DNA from: Eremomyces bilateralis CBS 781.70
Lineage: Eukaryota
Length of the DNA: 64,000 nucleotides
NCBI GenBank assembly: GCA_010015585.1
Contig: ML975151.1
Reading direction: 5' to 3' (one strand)
Made by a program: the position numbers and the translations under genes
Shown: positions 12,821-26,890 of the stretch, piece by piece
Layout of the letters: each line of letters starts with the position of its first letter
Position numbering within the stretch: position 1 is the first letter of the stretch
Notes under the pieces: generated by a model
What the model was told of the DNA's origin: nothing
The model's database searches: none
What the model saw: only the letters and a program-made list of their open reading frames with translations

Positions 12821-15811
12821 ATGCCTCCACGTGCATCGGCACCATCGAAGCGGTCGGCACCATCGAAGCGGTCGGCTCAGGTTATTGACCTGACTGGCGA
12901 TGATGTGGAAAATGGCCACACTGCGAGACCAAAGAAAACGGCCAGAACAGCGAGTTCAGGATATGCATCAGGACTGCCTACCCCCCAAAGTACAGCTCCA
13001 TCTTCATCTCAGTCTTCAGCTCACGGAGGTCAACGCCGAGCTGCAGTCGGAAGCTCATCGTTCGCTGCACCGACAAGCCAGTATGGCGTGTCTGATGATG
13101 ATGAGGCCGATGAGCTCGTCGACTTGGTGCCCTTTGATCCAACCCAGGACTATTCTACTGCATCATTCATCCTCTATGGATCGCTTCAAACGAAGATCGT
13201 CGGGTGTCGATACTATACTGGAGTGACGACTCTAGGCGAGATGACCCTTCTCCGACGAGAGCCGGGGAACCAGTATGACCGAAACGCCATCGCGGCCCGG
13301 AATATGGAGGGCGAACAGATTGGACACATCCCTCGAGACATGGCGGCAGCGATCGCCAAGTACATGGACGATCGATCCCTCCAGGTAGAAGCGCAAATTA
13401 AAGGGAGGAAAGGTTACTACGAGTGCCCTATTCTGCTGGAGTTTTATGGGCCAAACGACCCTGAGAAGAGCGCGGCGATTACTGCGCGGATGAGACGTGA
13501 TGGGCTTCCGGTTGGGAACTTCGAAGAGTTCCACAGGACCAAGAAGGCACTCGAAAAAGCGGCTGCGAAGCAGGCTACTGACCGGGCACGCGTGGCTGCG
13601 ATGAATGGAGACTCGAGTCTACCTGTCGGTGGTTCTTTCCAAGTCCCAACTGCTGCTCCCACTCTGGCCTCAATTATGGAAGAAAGTGAGAAATACAGTG
13701 CAAGAGGCATTGATGAAGTTGTGAAGACATTTGGAGTCGGCACCGATGATCTTGAGAATATGCCCATGGCGGAGCAGCCAGCTGAAATCGCCACAAAAAT
13801 GCTGCCATACCAGCTACAGGTAAGCCAGGCGACTGATTAGAACCGGACTGCAAACGGACACTAATATTCTCCAGGGTCTCCAATGGCTGCTCGACAAGGA
13901 AAGTCCGAAACTACCGCCAAATACAGACGACGTGGTTCAACTCTGGAGGAAGCATCCAACTCAACCGGGCATGTTTTTAAACATTGCCACGACATTCGCA
14001 GTGAAAACCCCCGGCCTCATGAGTGGTGGCATTCTGGCTGATGACATGGGACTTGGGAAAACTTTGCAAATCATTTCTCTGATCATGTCAGACCCGCAGC
14101 GGATAAACTCCCCATCCAAGTCCGCCGGGCCGACACTCATATTGTCGCCTCTGAGCGTAATGAGCAACTGGACCGGACAGATCAAACACCATGTAAAGGA
14201 AGATTCCGCTCTGCGTGTGCTGACTTATCACGGAACGAACAGAAAGGTTCTTCTGAACTCTAAGACGATTGAGGACTATGATGTCGTCATCACGACTTAC
14301 GAGACTGTCATGTCGGAATATTGGTCCTCACAGGAGAATGTACCGCGTGTGAAAGGACTTTACGCTATCAATTGGAGGCGTATCGTTCTTGATGAAGGGC
14401 ATAACATCCGCAACCCTCAAGCGAAGCGTGCTGTGGCAGCTTGTGCGCTTATTGCGCAGTCGCGATGGGTCTGCACCGGCACGCCAGTGATCAACAGCTT
14501 GAAAGATTTGTATTCCATCATCAAGTTCTTACGCTTGTCAGGCGGCCTCGACCAGTTCGAAGCCTTCAATGGTAGGATCATACGTCCAGTCAATGCCGGT
14601 GATGGGGTCGGATATCGTCTACTCCAATCATTGATGCGGAGCATCTGTTTGCGCCGCAACAAAGAGATGAAATTTGTCGATCTGCGAATTCCTGAGCTCA
14701 CGGAATACGTTCACAAGATCCAGCTCTCCGATCACGAGAAAACCAAATATGATGGCCTAGCGTATGTAGTCAATTTCATGTTTCTGACCATGTACTGACC
14801 GATCACAGCTCTGAGGCCAGTGGGGCATGGAAGGAATTCGAGAACACATCTGGACAAGAGGCTGCAAACGCATACCGCCATGTCCTCGAGGTTCTCCTCC
14901 GCCTTCGACAGGTCTGCAACCACTGGAGGCTTTGCGGCGACAGGAGAATCAAGGACATCCTTGACAAGATTGAGAAAGACAAGACGGTCGAACTGACATC
15001 GGAAAACTGTGGTGCGCTGCGCAAAATGCTACAGTTGAGCATCGAGTCCCAAGAGGACTGCCCTATTTGCCTCGACACGCTTAAAGAGCCCATCATCACA
15101 GCCTGCTCTCACATTTACTGCTACGCTTGCATCGAGCGCGTCATCGACACGCAGCACAAATGCCCACTCTGTCGTGCTGATATTCAGTCTCCCCAACACG
15201 TTGTTCGCGCGGCCAAAGACGAGTCGCTCGATTCGACGCCCACTACTTTTGATGAGGATGAGTCGAGCAGTAAGATTGAAGCACTTCTCTCCATTCTCGA
15301 AGCCACACGGGTACGGCCAGGCGAGCCAACTAAGACCGTGGTGTTTAGTCAATGGACCTCATTCCTCAACCTTCTGGAGCCACACCTTCAGAAACGAAAT
15401 ATCAAATTCTGCCGCATCGATGGCACCATGTCTTCGACGCTTCGCGACAACGCGCTGGAGCGGCTCGCATCCGATCCAGAGTGCACGATTATGCTCGCGT
15501 CGCTAGCCGTCTGCTCGGTTGGGCTGAACCTCGTGGCAGCCTCTCAAGTCATCTTGGCGGATTCTTGGTGGGCGCCAGCGATCGAAGACCAAGCGGTTGA
15601 TCGTGTGCACCGGCTGGGCCAGAAGCGGGAGACCACCGTCTGGAGGTTGGTGACAGAAGGGACGGTTGAAGAGAAGGTGTTACAGATCCAAGCAAATAAA
15701 CGGGAGTTGATGAGATTGGCGGTGGCCGAAAAGGAGGGGAAGAAGAAGAAAGGAGGCAGGACGGCACGGTTGCAGGATATTCAGATGCTGTTGGGGACAC
15801 AGCAGGCGTAG
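12821..15811 (+). CDS. SNF2-family helicase / RING E3 ligase with HIRAN domain (HLTF/Rad5-like), two introns
   Basis: HIRAN (TKIVGCRYY...REPGNQYDRNAI), ILADDMGLGKT, DEGH, RING CPICLD..CSHIYCYAC..CPLCR, and helicase C-terminal motif EDQAVDRVHRLGQ. Confidence 0.93.
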
Positions 15812-16204
15812 TTTCTTGTCCTCTTTCGGCTTGGGGGCGTATGGCGTGGGGTTCCGTTTTTCGGTACAAGGAGTGGAAAGAATAGTATCTTAGACGGTTC
15901 CAGTTGTATGATCTGCAGAATCTGGACTGCCGTCTCCATTTCCCGGTCGATCACCCCTCATGGGACTCGTGGCCATCGAGCGTGGTCTCGAAGGGGTGCA
16001 AACGGATAAGTGACATTCAAATTGTTTCCCAGCAATGTATCTGAGTACTAGCATTTTGAGTCTTTCAGGATAAAGATCTTGTGAACTCTAATATCTAATT
16101 GGGAAATTCCTTGGGATCGCTCGCAACCCGGTCTTCCCATTTTTGTATGAAGGTTCAGATGCTCTCAGAGTTGTCCGGCTCCCTTCTATCGTATATCATG
16201 CGGT

Positions 16205-18004
16205 CTATGACGCGAATCTAAAGTCTAGCCGTTTATTGCCTTTATCCGTCGTAGTCGCCAGATAGTTCTCCTTCTCCTCGCCACTCATGGCATCCCACTT
16301 CTTTGTACGGATCTTGTTGGTGTAGACATAAAAGAACTTGGTCCCACCGATCAGAAAGATGTTATAAACGGCAATTCCAATGAGAACACGGTTTCCCGTC
16401 CGATACAGGGGCTTGTCCTCTTCGCGGTAGACCTAAAAGTGTGGTTAGTGAACATTCTCATTCAGAAAGGAACGGAGTTGGCGTCCTCACGTTAGTAGCA
16501 ATGATCGAGCTCGCTTGGATGCACATATTGTAGAAAGCTGTTGCGAACGTTCTGGTACGCACTGTTCCTGCATTCCGAGAAGTGACTGCAACGATGATCG
16601 CGTGTGCATATGGATGTCCGACAAGGAGGGTACTCAAAACCCACCTCACCCACGGGCCTGAGGTTGACGGAATCACTGCCAGGGCAATCAGAATCGGCAG
16701 GGACCAAACTTGGCTGATTAGCGAGATTATGAAACGCTGGTTGATCTTTTCGGAGAGCCATGTCCAGAAGAGCGCTTGCGCGATAAATAATGCGGATGCA
16801 GGTATCGTCAACAAATTGGTCTTGAAGGTATCAAAACCGACGGAACGAAGCTGCAACGTTAGGTAAGCCGTCATTGGATGATTCGGGATGAGCCAACTCA
16901 AGCCCATGAGATAGATAGGCCACATATGATAGTCTGTCAGGCAAAGCCAGATTTCTTGGGGGTTCAGCCCCTCACGATTGTGCATATCGCCTTTTGAAGG
17001 ATCGTCGCGGAGAACCCGGTTGACCATGATCTTCTCTTGATGTTCAGTGAACCAGCCGTCTTTGCCTCTAAACCGAGATTTGGTCTGTGTTGGTGACGGC
17101 GGAAGATAAAATGCGGATATAATGCCGATCAGCCCGGTCAAGGTTCCTTCTAAGGCAAATAACCATCGCCATCCTTCCATTCCATTGACGCCACGTAACC
17201 GCAGAATACCATAGGCAAGAAACGCGGAAATGACGCTGGTGCTCTGATATGCGGTCCAGAAATAGCTGAGGCGAATAGGTAATTCGCTGCTAGTGTAGAA
17301 GTACGACATGTAAAGGATAGCGTCCGGGATGAAGCCGCCTTCAATCAATCCAAGGAGGGAACGGCAGGCGTAAAAAGATGATTTGCCGCTGAGGAATGCC
17401 TGGAGGCTGGCAACCAGACTCCATGAGACCATTTGAATGGGGATCCAACGATCGGGCCCCAGTCTCTTTGAAATGAGCTGAGATGGCACTTCAGCGACCA
17501 AGAAACTGCAGTAGAAAATGGTCATTCCAGTGTTGTACTCGTTGGTAGTGAGGTTAAGATCGTCGAGCATGTTGTCTGAGAGCGCTTGGCTGATGTTCCC
17601 TCGATCAAGTTGTCTTTCCATAGCGTCAGTACGTGGGTATCAGTTGATTGTAAAGGGACTGACAATGCGAAGAACATTAAACACATCCAAGTGCATATCT
17701 TGAAGTCAATCTGTGATGGTGTTAGCTGAGTGCAATCGAATCTGGAAGGGTTATAATTTACCCTCCGAACGACTTTCTTCTCATCCTCTTCCGGCCATGT
17801 GTAATCGGGATCATAGCGATGAAACCCTTCGTAGGTCTCAACGGGCTTATAGAAATCTTGAAGGTCGGAGTCATTATCGAACGTAGTGGCTCCTTTGGTC
17901 CAGAGAGCTCCTTCAAGGACACCCGCGCTCTTTGAGACTGATTCGGAGCTGATTCGTCGGCCACCAACATCTTTTGAAATTGAGTATCTTTTGTCGTCCG
18001 CCAT
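16205..18004 (-). CDS. MFS transporter, Dal5 / allantoate permease (anion:cation symporter) family, 3 introns
   Basis: QLDRGNISQA, AEVPSQLISKRLGPDRWIP, EGWRWLFALEG, NRVLRDDPSKGDMHNR, and C-terminus GNKRLDFRFAS*. Confidence 0.9.
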
Positions 18005-19248
18005 GGTGATCGTCTCTGCTAGGGAATTGGATAGAGAGCATCAATAGTTGAACCATTCAGGGGGATCCGAGACTTATAGTCATCGCTGAGTGGCACCTAT
18101 CTCCACCCTAACATAGCACCCCCATGGGTGCGGTGGGTGCTTCACCCGAACATGTCGTTGAGGATATGACAGAGAAACCGTGGACCGACCTAGGTCGCCA
18201 CTAAGTTCTCCTCCCGTCCCGGAGCTCACATTATGTTCACACTATCAGACGAAGAAAACAAGTTGCTAGCGGGTGCGGGTTAGGAGGCGTATAAGAGCTA
18301 ACCAATGGTAAGGGATCGAATACAGCACGCAACTGGTGGGGTCTATCGCGAAATATGCAGGAATGCAGAAAGTAAGATAAGATGCAACCTATGACAAGGT
18401 GTAGGCGTGTAGCCGTAGAGCCTAGAGGGAGTTGTCGAAGCATTGTGGTGGGATCCAGATTCCAGATTCAGTACGTTCTGAGATGGATGTGATGTCTTGG
18501 CAAATCGCGTGCTCCAGGGGGAGCGCTGACAACATATAGAGCGGAACATTCATGTCAGTGAATCCCACGCCGCTATCAACCCCTGCAACACTACTCCATA
18601 CTTGAAATGCTAAAAATGACATTGAAGATATTATTAGGGAAAATGCGGAGAGATAGTAGTAGCAAAGGGTTTAGCCCTGGGATATCGCCATATCGGTATA
18701 TGACTGAGGAAAGGATCGGTGTACTGACTCACTCAAGCATGTGCAACTCCGGTACGTATCAATCTTGACCTATGCCTAAACGCCATACACATCAAGCTTT
18801 CGAGCGGCTCTTGTGTGCCCTGAACCGTAGTTATGGTATCTTCTCGATGGACACGTGGAAGCCACGTCCCAGAGTGCATCGCCGAGTCGTGAAGTCTTGG
18901 TCATTTCCAGGTCCTCGCCGTCCTGAATTGAACCGAGCCAGTTGCCGCCCGCAAAAGAAAAGCTTAAACGAAAACGAACTGGTAGAATATCGCAACCCCA
19001 TACATGCATGGTCTGCTGTGCAAGGGCGTTCCTCAGACGTAACAGGAAACTGCATATGGAGAGGGCACTAGACGGGGGGATGTGAGACAGTGAGAGGTTT
19101 GCCGATCTTCGTGCTCTCGTGCTAACTTTCACGTCAAATTGCCTAATACAACAATGCGCTGACGCAATTCGGCACACTAGGAAAGGAAAGGATTGGTGAG
19201 ATCCAAGCGAATAAGTCTTCGCAAGGTTTAGGAATCAGTTGAGATGTC

Positions 19249-19759
19249 GGGCATGTTTATCTCAGCAAGCTCAGACGGTATCTTCAGATGCTACACGTGA
19301 CTGCAGTGTGGCGGTGCAGCCAAGGTATCTTCAGATACCCTCTGAGGTTGTAAGGTTTGTGTGGTGGTGTAGTTGAAGTTTTTAGAGTTCCCAATCATTT
19401 CAGTCAACCATTTAACTTTCAGTACTCGAAATCAGCTTAAAGCTTACGCGGGGCTAGGTAAAGGGCAAAGGTACCCGCTCTTTTATAGTATATTAAAAAT
19501 ATATCAAAATAAGCCTATAATATAGGATTATCATCGGCGGTTTCGAAGGGCTGGTGTAGTTGAGCTTTTTGGGCGACCCCGGTCGCCAATTTTAGTGGGG
19601 TTTAGTGCGCCGTAGGGGCCAAATTCGCTCTTTTTACCTACGGAATACACGCCCACCAAAATGCTGCAGAAGGCCCTCAGACGGCATCTGAAGATGCCTG
19701 CACCGCCACAAGCATCTTTGAAGATCCCGTCTGAGTCCCAACTGAGATAAAGGCATGTC
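19249..19759. mobile_element. Non-autonomous DNA-transposon relic (MITE-like), about 510 bp, with long imperfect TIRs
   Basis: Left CATG-TTTATCTCAG..CTCAGACGGTATCTTCAGATGCT..GTGGCGGTGCAG..GGTATCTTCAGATACCCTCTGAGG aligns with the reverse complement of about 19675-19757. The core is partly AT/TpA-rich. Confidence 0.75.
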
Positions 19760-20003
19760 ACTTGCGAGTTACAACCGAAGTTGATTTCGTGATGGGGGTT
19801 CCATTTATTGCACGTGGCTGAGAGTGGGCGCAGCAAGGGAGGATTCTTCAGGTTTCAAGGCATATTCTGACGACGGGAGTGAACTTGGCCATTCACCTTT
19901 CAGAATGTGTTATACTTCGTATGTAAGGTACCATGCAGATGAAGCACCAAACTCTCAAACTGATCAAACCCGCCTTTAAACGTTCCTCCGCCTCGATCCC
20001 TAA

Positions 20004-21613
20004 TTAACCTCTGTGAAAGCATCGGACTGACAGTCTCTCTAGCCGAGCACCATGAGACTTGAGAAGGACTTCCATCCTGGCGATAGGCAAGATTGATTGA
20101 CGCGTCATTTCTTCCAGTGTTTCTAATAGAAGTAAATTCTTCAAGGACGGCAAATTTATCATGGGCACCCTCCTCGCTAGGGGCAGGTACCTTGGTCTGA
20201 AGATGCCTTCGAGCGACGAAGTATCATGAATCCATACCATCCGAGATGCAAAAACACTCATATCTTCAGATGTACCGGGGGGTACATTCTGGGCTGTCTC
20301 CGCAAGGTGGGATTTCAACACAGCGTGGATGCGGACGAATCGATCGCGGAAATATCGGCAGCTGTGATTGAATATGTTTTCAATTTTCATACATATCACC
20401 AAGGCAGGGCGTTCGAGCTACGTTCTTTAGCCACCCCCCCTGATGCACATAGAAACATAACCTCTCCAATATGGATTCAAGTCCACAAAAGCGATATAAT
20501 TTAGGAAGAATGCCTGGGAGCACACATCTCCGTTGTCCGGTCGGAGTCGCCGAATTTTTAGGCAATTGTCAATGACATGCACGCTGTTACTATAGGGATA
20601 CCCCTAAGAAACCCACATTCTTTCCCTCCACCTGCAAAATGCAAGGCAAATGAAGGCTGACAGAAACGGCAGTAACAGTGTCTGGATCTTGTCCTCGGAT
20701 AGATCTACCGGATGAATAGAAGACTCGCTAGGACAGGTCTCCAGCATAAATTTCGTATGGGGGCTTGGAACGTCCTCAAACTAGACAGCGTTCTCTTCGC
20801 AGCTGAATATATGCGTGGTAGGTATCCATTGAGTAGTAGGGCTTGTTGGACATCGAAACACAGTTGAGACTTGAGAACCACTCCAATTACCATGCCATAT
20901 TTCAATATCCTTCCCATAAGCTTTGGCAGCAGAAAGAAAAGCGTTTAGCGGTCCTTGGAGAACTGCACGAGCCGTATCTCGGGTATATTCTTTCGAATGA
21001 TGTGCCTCTGGAACATACTCGTGCCAGACGTGCGATATAGGAAGAAAATTGACGTCGTTCTGTTTGGAGGAGGTCAGTCCAAAACTATTCAAGGACATCT
21101 AAAAGTTACAGAAACAGCTTTATCCTTGAAATAGACCAGAATAGACCTTGCTTCGGACAAACCTCCCCTGCTATAGCTTATTGTCATCGCCGAGGCACCT
21201 GAATCTTCATCATGATCTGTAGGAAGATGCCTCCTTGCCAGCGTATGGCGTCCTTCGGAATTGGTCATACTCAGAGGGTTTGTCGGAGAATGTCGATCCA
21301 CTTCCAACAACTTGATGAGAATCGGGATTAGTACATCACTGAACTCGCCCAGACATGTCGCCTGAATCGACTTCTTCAAAATATGCTGCAGCCACTTTCT
21401 TATGCCAATATCGAAACTTTGAATGCCTCTACGCAATGCTCTCGAAATATATTAACCCGTATTTCCAAGGCCTTGCTCTTTTTATGCTCCGCACCATCAT
21501 GGAGGAGAATTGTGGTTCGATTCCTAATCGATACGGGGATTTCTATAAGTACAGGTCGAACGCTGTGACCAACTTCTAAAACCCCCAGATTTGTTGGTGT
21601 CGTTGTCGGCCAT
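20004..21613 (-). pseudogene. Possible degenerate gene of unknown family (F-box/LRR-like remnant?)
   Basis: A chain of short, coding-looking minus-strand ORFs (20004-20402, 20781-21098, 21089-21436) interrupted by stops and frameshifts; no recognisable catalytic motif. Confidence 0.3.
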
Positions 21614-23263
21614 CGTTGGAGATTTCATCGTCCAACCGACCCATAACAGCAGTGTAATATGACTGTTAGCATTTTAGCAACTTCAGGATCTTGTCACTAC
21701 AAAGCCTGTTTCTCCAGCAGAGCACCCGGGGCGGTAAGGGACCATGCTATTCCGACGCCAATCGTGGGTAGAAGTTCGATCGGTTGAGCCTGGAGGTTCA
21801 TCTCTCGATTTCTCGGGTTAGGTTTCGGTGATGGACATATGCCTCGCCGCGACCAAGACTAAAACGATGCAGGTCGCAGACAGCATATATCGGGGTAAGT
21901 AGAGAAAAAAGATACAGATGGTAAGCCAACACGCTCATAAATGAAGAAAAACAAGATGAAGTGAAGAAGCAGGGAGAGGATTGTATTGCAGACAATGGAA
22001 GACTGAATTCCACGTCCTCGCCGGACAGCTCAGCCATGTTGGTGGCGCATCATAAGCCTTTTCGATACGGATACCTCCATATTAATTTACTGGTGGAAAT
22101 ATCCTCAGCCTCGTTGGATCAATACCTAGGACGAAGGCAGGTGGAAAAACAGTGACTTTTGGGAACTCAGCCTTGGCCCTGGAAGCACGGTTTCGTTCAT
22201 GTGAACTGTTTTGGCGGGGTCTTGGGTCATACTTAAGTGCCTACGAAGCCTATGAATCCCCCAAGCACCCCCTACCCAGGTTGCAGGCTCTCTTCTAACT
22301 TCAGGGATCCAAATTCTAGTTTCTTTAAACTTTGCAATTTCATGTCCATTTCTTGGTTAAATTTTCTAGAAATGGTATAGAATGATAGAGCTCATCGATA
22401 CCAAAATCTTAATACTATTTTCTATAACGAGATTTAACTCCGTGGTGGCAACTATCTCGTTTTGGCTGATTTTTTAACATTTATTCCTGAGAAACCACGG
22501 TGAATATATAATTTTGATATCGATGATGGGAATCCGAAGAGAATTGAGCCGGAAAGCGCCCCATCGCCCCCTATCTTTAAAATGTTGGCGATTTTTGGAA
22601 ACTAACCTAAATTTCTATGATTCTAAGCACCTTAGGTAATTAAAATAGGCCGCATTGTCGACTTGGTGGCTTGGTAATCTGGAGCGGAAGCTGCCCGGTG
22701 AAGCATGTCAATCTCTAGAGCATCACGTCGGTTGCTCGGTTGGTATAAAAGGAGTCTGACTGTTATAGGCATGGCCCATGGTTGGCATAGGCTGAGAGCC
22801 TAAGCCTAATCAAGCCTAGTAGCGTCGAAATGGAACCTCATCAAGATTCCTCTGTCACAGATACCTTTACTCTTTATCTCAATCTAGAATATCTTTGGCT
22901 ATGTGTATGTTGTGTGCATCCAGCTACCGTGCCGTAACACTGACGCGGTGTTAACTTGGTGTGTGCAAGAATCGAAGCGAGTCCGGTGATCGTGCGAGAC
23001 AGTTTGGGAATAATGGAAGGACAGGAGTCCCAAAGGACATACCTCTGGGGGATATAGTGCATGGTATAGAACCATTTCATTGTTGAAGATTTCAGTTAAT
23101 GTCCAGCCGAAACACCAGTAGAGCCACCATGGCATATTGAAGAATCCGCGGTTAGGAACAATATTGAGCCCTACCATGATGAATAACCCAATATCTAGCC
23201 ACTTTACATTGTCCTGTTCTATTCAATCGTACATAATGACAGACTCACAAGCTCAGATGGAAG

Positions 23264-24827
23264 CTACTGCTCCAACGCGATCCGCTCCAACACCTCCTCA
23301 ACCTTCTCTCGCACCCCCTGCTTATGCTTCTTCTTCTCCAAAAAGTGCTGCACGATCTCCTCGCCCATGTACCGTCCTTCCTTCGCGACCTGCCTGATGT
23401 CCTTCTCCTGCGGCAGACCGATATCCTTATGCGGATACTCCACAAACGACGACTCCTTCCGGTTCACCAGCAGCTCGAGCTCCGGCTCCGCGTTGAAGAA
23501 CTTCTGCACCTGCTGCTCGGAGACCTCGGGTAGGGTGTTGGGCTTCCAGTCGGGGCGGGTCTTCTTGCGCTCGATGAGCCGGGCGGAGACGCCCTCGACG
23601 AAGTCCGGGTGCGCCATGAAGACGCCGGCGATGGCGTGTTCCATGCGGAAGGCGGTGGCGATGTCCCAGGTGCGGGCGACGCGCATTTGCTCAAGGGTGA
23701 CGGCGACGGAGGTGGGGGAGCGCTCGTTGATGGTCGCGGTGGTTCGGGCAGCCCACTTCTTGATGGCCTCGGAGGAGTTTGAATCGTTCGTGATGGCTTC
23801 GAGGCCAGAAAGGACGGAGGATATCTTGTGGTTCGGGTTGAATACGGTGTCGATGATCAGTCTTTGCTGTCCGGTGATGGATGGTCGTGGACTGGGTAGA
23901 CCGGTGTTGAACTCCTCGATGGTTGCGTTGATGATCTGGTAACGTTCCTGGAGTGACGTATAGTCTTTGAACTGGAGCTCGGCAAGCCGTGATTCGAGTT
24001 CGGGTAAGGATGTCGAGTGCATGAAATGAGTTGCGACGCCATGATAGCTGTTCAAGGTCAGAAGTTGTCCGCTTCGAGAAGCCACTTGAACTCACAAAAC
24101 GTCAACGCCCTTCAGCTGCTCACTCGTGAGAGCCAAGTATGTTCCCAAATTTCCGTCCATCTTCGGCAGGAAGAAACTCGCTCCCACCTCTGGGAAGAAT
24201 CCGATGGTCGTCTCCGGCATCGCGAACACGGTGTTTTCGGTCGCGATCCTGAACGGGGCGTGGATGCTCAACCCAACGCCCCCGCCCATCGTGATGCCAT
24301 CCATGAATGCAATATACGGCTTGCCATACGTCGCAATCATATGATCAAGCCCGTATTCGACCGCGAAGTAGTCTTTCGACCTTTGCTGACCTGCTGGGCC
24401 TTCTTTGTTCCACTTCGCGAGGGCTGCGACATCACCACCGGCACAGAAGGCTCGTCCGGCACCTTTGATCAATACCACGTTCGCCATGGATGATTTCTCC
24501 CATTCCTATTCCCATATTAGCCAGACATTCCCGCCAATACCAATATCTAGGATCCCATACTCTTAGGCGGGGTATAATTTTTCGCGCCATCGATCCATCT
24601 AGCGAGTTCAACTTTTTCGGCCGGTTGAGTTCGATGAGTCGTAGTCCATACTGGTTCGTGAATACGACGTCTTCGAGGTCATCGTTTGGTTGCTCTTTGA
24701 TGAGCTCCTGCATCGAAGCGTACTGCATGCCATATTGTGAGCGTCTGCCCCTCTAGAAATCGTGGTCGGGACTTACTCTCCGTGTCTGCGGCATTGCGGA
24801 ACTCTGGACTTTCGCTCGGAGAGGCAT
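23264..24827 (-). CDS. EHD3: Mitochondrial 3-hydroxyisobutyryl-CoA hydrolase (crotonase family; Ehd3/mS47), 3 introns
   Basis: IELNRPKKLNSL, RAFCAGGDV, MDGITMGGGVGLSIHAPFRIATENTVFAMPETTIGFFPEVG, HPDFVEGV. Confidence 0.93.
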
Positions 24828-25386
24828 GTTGAAGGCTGGGCGATATGAGCACCGTAGGACAGGCACCGCTATCCGGAGTAGAGATGATCGGGATGACATA
24901 AGGAAGAATTGACAATATGGACTCCAGGGACGTGAAGAAGCTTAACACCGGACGATCAACCTCGGGTTAACTTATGATATTGTGATGAAGCCGATAATAG
25001 CTATTAGAGCAGGAGTCTCCGTGTGCCAACAGCTCTTCAAACAACTGTATATATGCACTGAATGATCAATTGAGAGTAGATGGTCTAAATACAGGTGAGA
25101 AGCCAAATATCAAACTCTCCTTCTAGCCGACTCCGGCAATAGTTCTCCGCAGCTTCGCGTCACGCCTGCGCAAGTTGTCGATGGTCGCATTATCCAATCA
25201 TCGTCGTTGTATATTCTCTGGTCCGTGCTCATCGACAAATTCGCGCAGATGCCGATTTGAACAATTTCTTGCTCTTGCAGCTCAGCTTCCATCAGGCGTT
25301 ACGTACATCTGTGCCTGCTTCCCTTCTCTTCCTTTCCAGTCATTTTCGTTGCGTTTTTACGTTCGGGTTTGATTCCGGCTGCCAAT

Positions 25387-26890
25387 ATGCCTTTCTCCGT
25401 GACGTGCTTCGTTCGCACGTCGCGTACCTTCGCTCGCAGCTCAGCTTCACAGAACCCCCTGCGACAGGCTTTGGGAGTTAAGGGGAGTGCGAGGTTTGTT
25501 TTCCAAGCAAGAACTTATGCTCAAGCAGCATTTGAGCGGAAGAAGCCGCATGTCAATATTGGTATGTGGTTCTCCCAATGGCAGAGAATGATGGGACAGG
25601 CATGGCTGATGTGTCTTGAATAGGAACTATTGGGCACGTCGATCATGGCAAGGTAAACTTTGACTGCACACTCACGATGTGATCTGATGGACTGATCTGA
25701 TGATTCTAGACTACATTAACTGCCGCGATCACAAAACGACAAGCCGAAAAGGGTTATGCCAACTTCCTTGACTATGGCTCCATTGACAAAGCTCCCGAAG
25801 AGCGAAAGCGTGGTATCACCATCGCAACCGCACACATCGAGTATGAGACCGACAACCGCCATTACTCCCACGTCGATTGCCCCGGTCACGCCGATTACAT
25901 TAAGAACATGATCACCGGTGCCGCGAACATGGACGGCGCCATCATCGTCGTCGCCGCTTCGGATGGACAAATGCCCCAGACCCGAGAGCATCTGCTCCTC
26001 GCTCGCCAAGTTGGCGTCGAGAAAATTGTTGTGTTCGTCAACAAGGTCGACGTGGTCGAGGACAAGGAGATGTTGGAGCTCGTTGAGATGGAGATGAGGG
26101 ATCTGCTGACCACCTACGGTTTTGAGGGTGACGACACCCCCATCGTCATGGGAAGCGCACTTTGCGCGCTGGAAAGCAAGCAACCTGAACTCGGCGAGCA
26201 GAAGATCGATGAGCTGTTGGCGGCGGTCGATTCGTGGATCCCCACCCCTGAACGTGCCCTCGACAAGCCCTTCCTGATGTCCATTGAAGACGTCTTCTCG
26301 ATCTCCGGTCGTGGAACCGTCGTTTCGGGTCGCGTGGAGCAAGGCGTCCTGAAGAAGGACTCCGAAGTCGAACTGGTTGGCAAGCAAGAGTTCCCGATCA
26401 AGACCAAGGTCACGGATATCGAAACGTTCAAGAAGTCCTGCGAAGACGCGCGGGCTGGCGACAACTCCGGCTTGTTGCTCCGCGGCGTGAAGCGCGACGA
26501 CGTCAAGCGCGGCATGGTGCTTGCGCTCCCCGGAACGGTCAAGGCGCACACCAAATTCCTGGCATCGCTGTACATCCTCACCAAGGAGGAGGGTGGTCGC
26601 CGCACGGGCTTCGGAAGCAACTACAGGCCTCAATTGTACATCCGAACTGCCGGTAAGTCCCCATGAGTTTTCCGTGCTATGACCATGCCTCTAACTTTTG
26701 CATAGATGAGTCCGCCATCTTGACGTGGCCGGAAGGTGTGGAGCACGGCAAAATGGCGATGCCTGGCGACAACATCGAGATGGTTTGCGATACCTACCAT
26801 CCCATCGCGGTCGAGAACGGTACCCGATTCAACATTCGCGAGGGCGGTCGCACCGTCGGCACTGGCTTGGTGACCAGGGTCCTCAAGTAG
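25387..26890 (+). CDS. TUF1: Mitochondrial translation elongation factor EF-Tu, 3 introns
   Basis: Targeting peptide followed by [42 protein letters not shown] and [10 protein letters not shown]. Confidence 0.97.

Noticed and set aside
12838..12877. Perfect 18-bp tandem duplication (SAPSKR x2) in the helicase N-terminus
   Set aside because: In-frame slippage in a disordered region; ordinary.
25716..26633. 305-aa antisense ORF over TUF1, and similar shadow ORFs over EHD3, the kinesin, VPS16 and Ppo
   Set aside because: Expected by-product of strong GC3 codon bias in the sense genes; no domain motifs.
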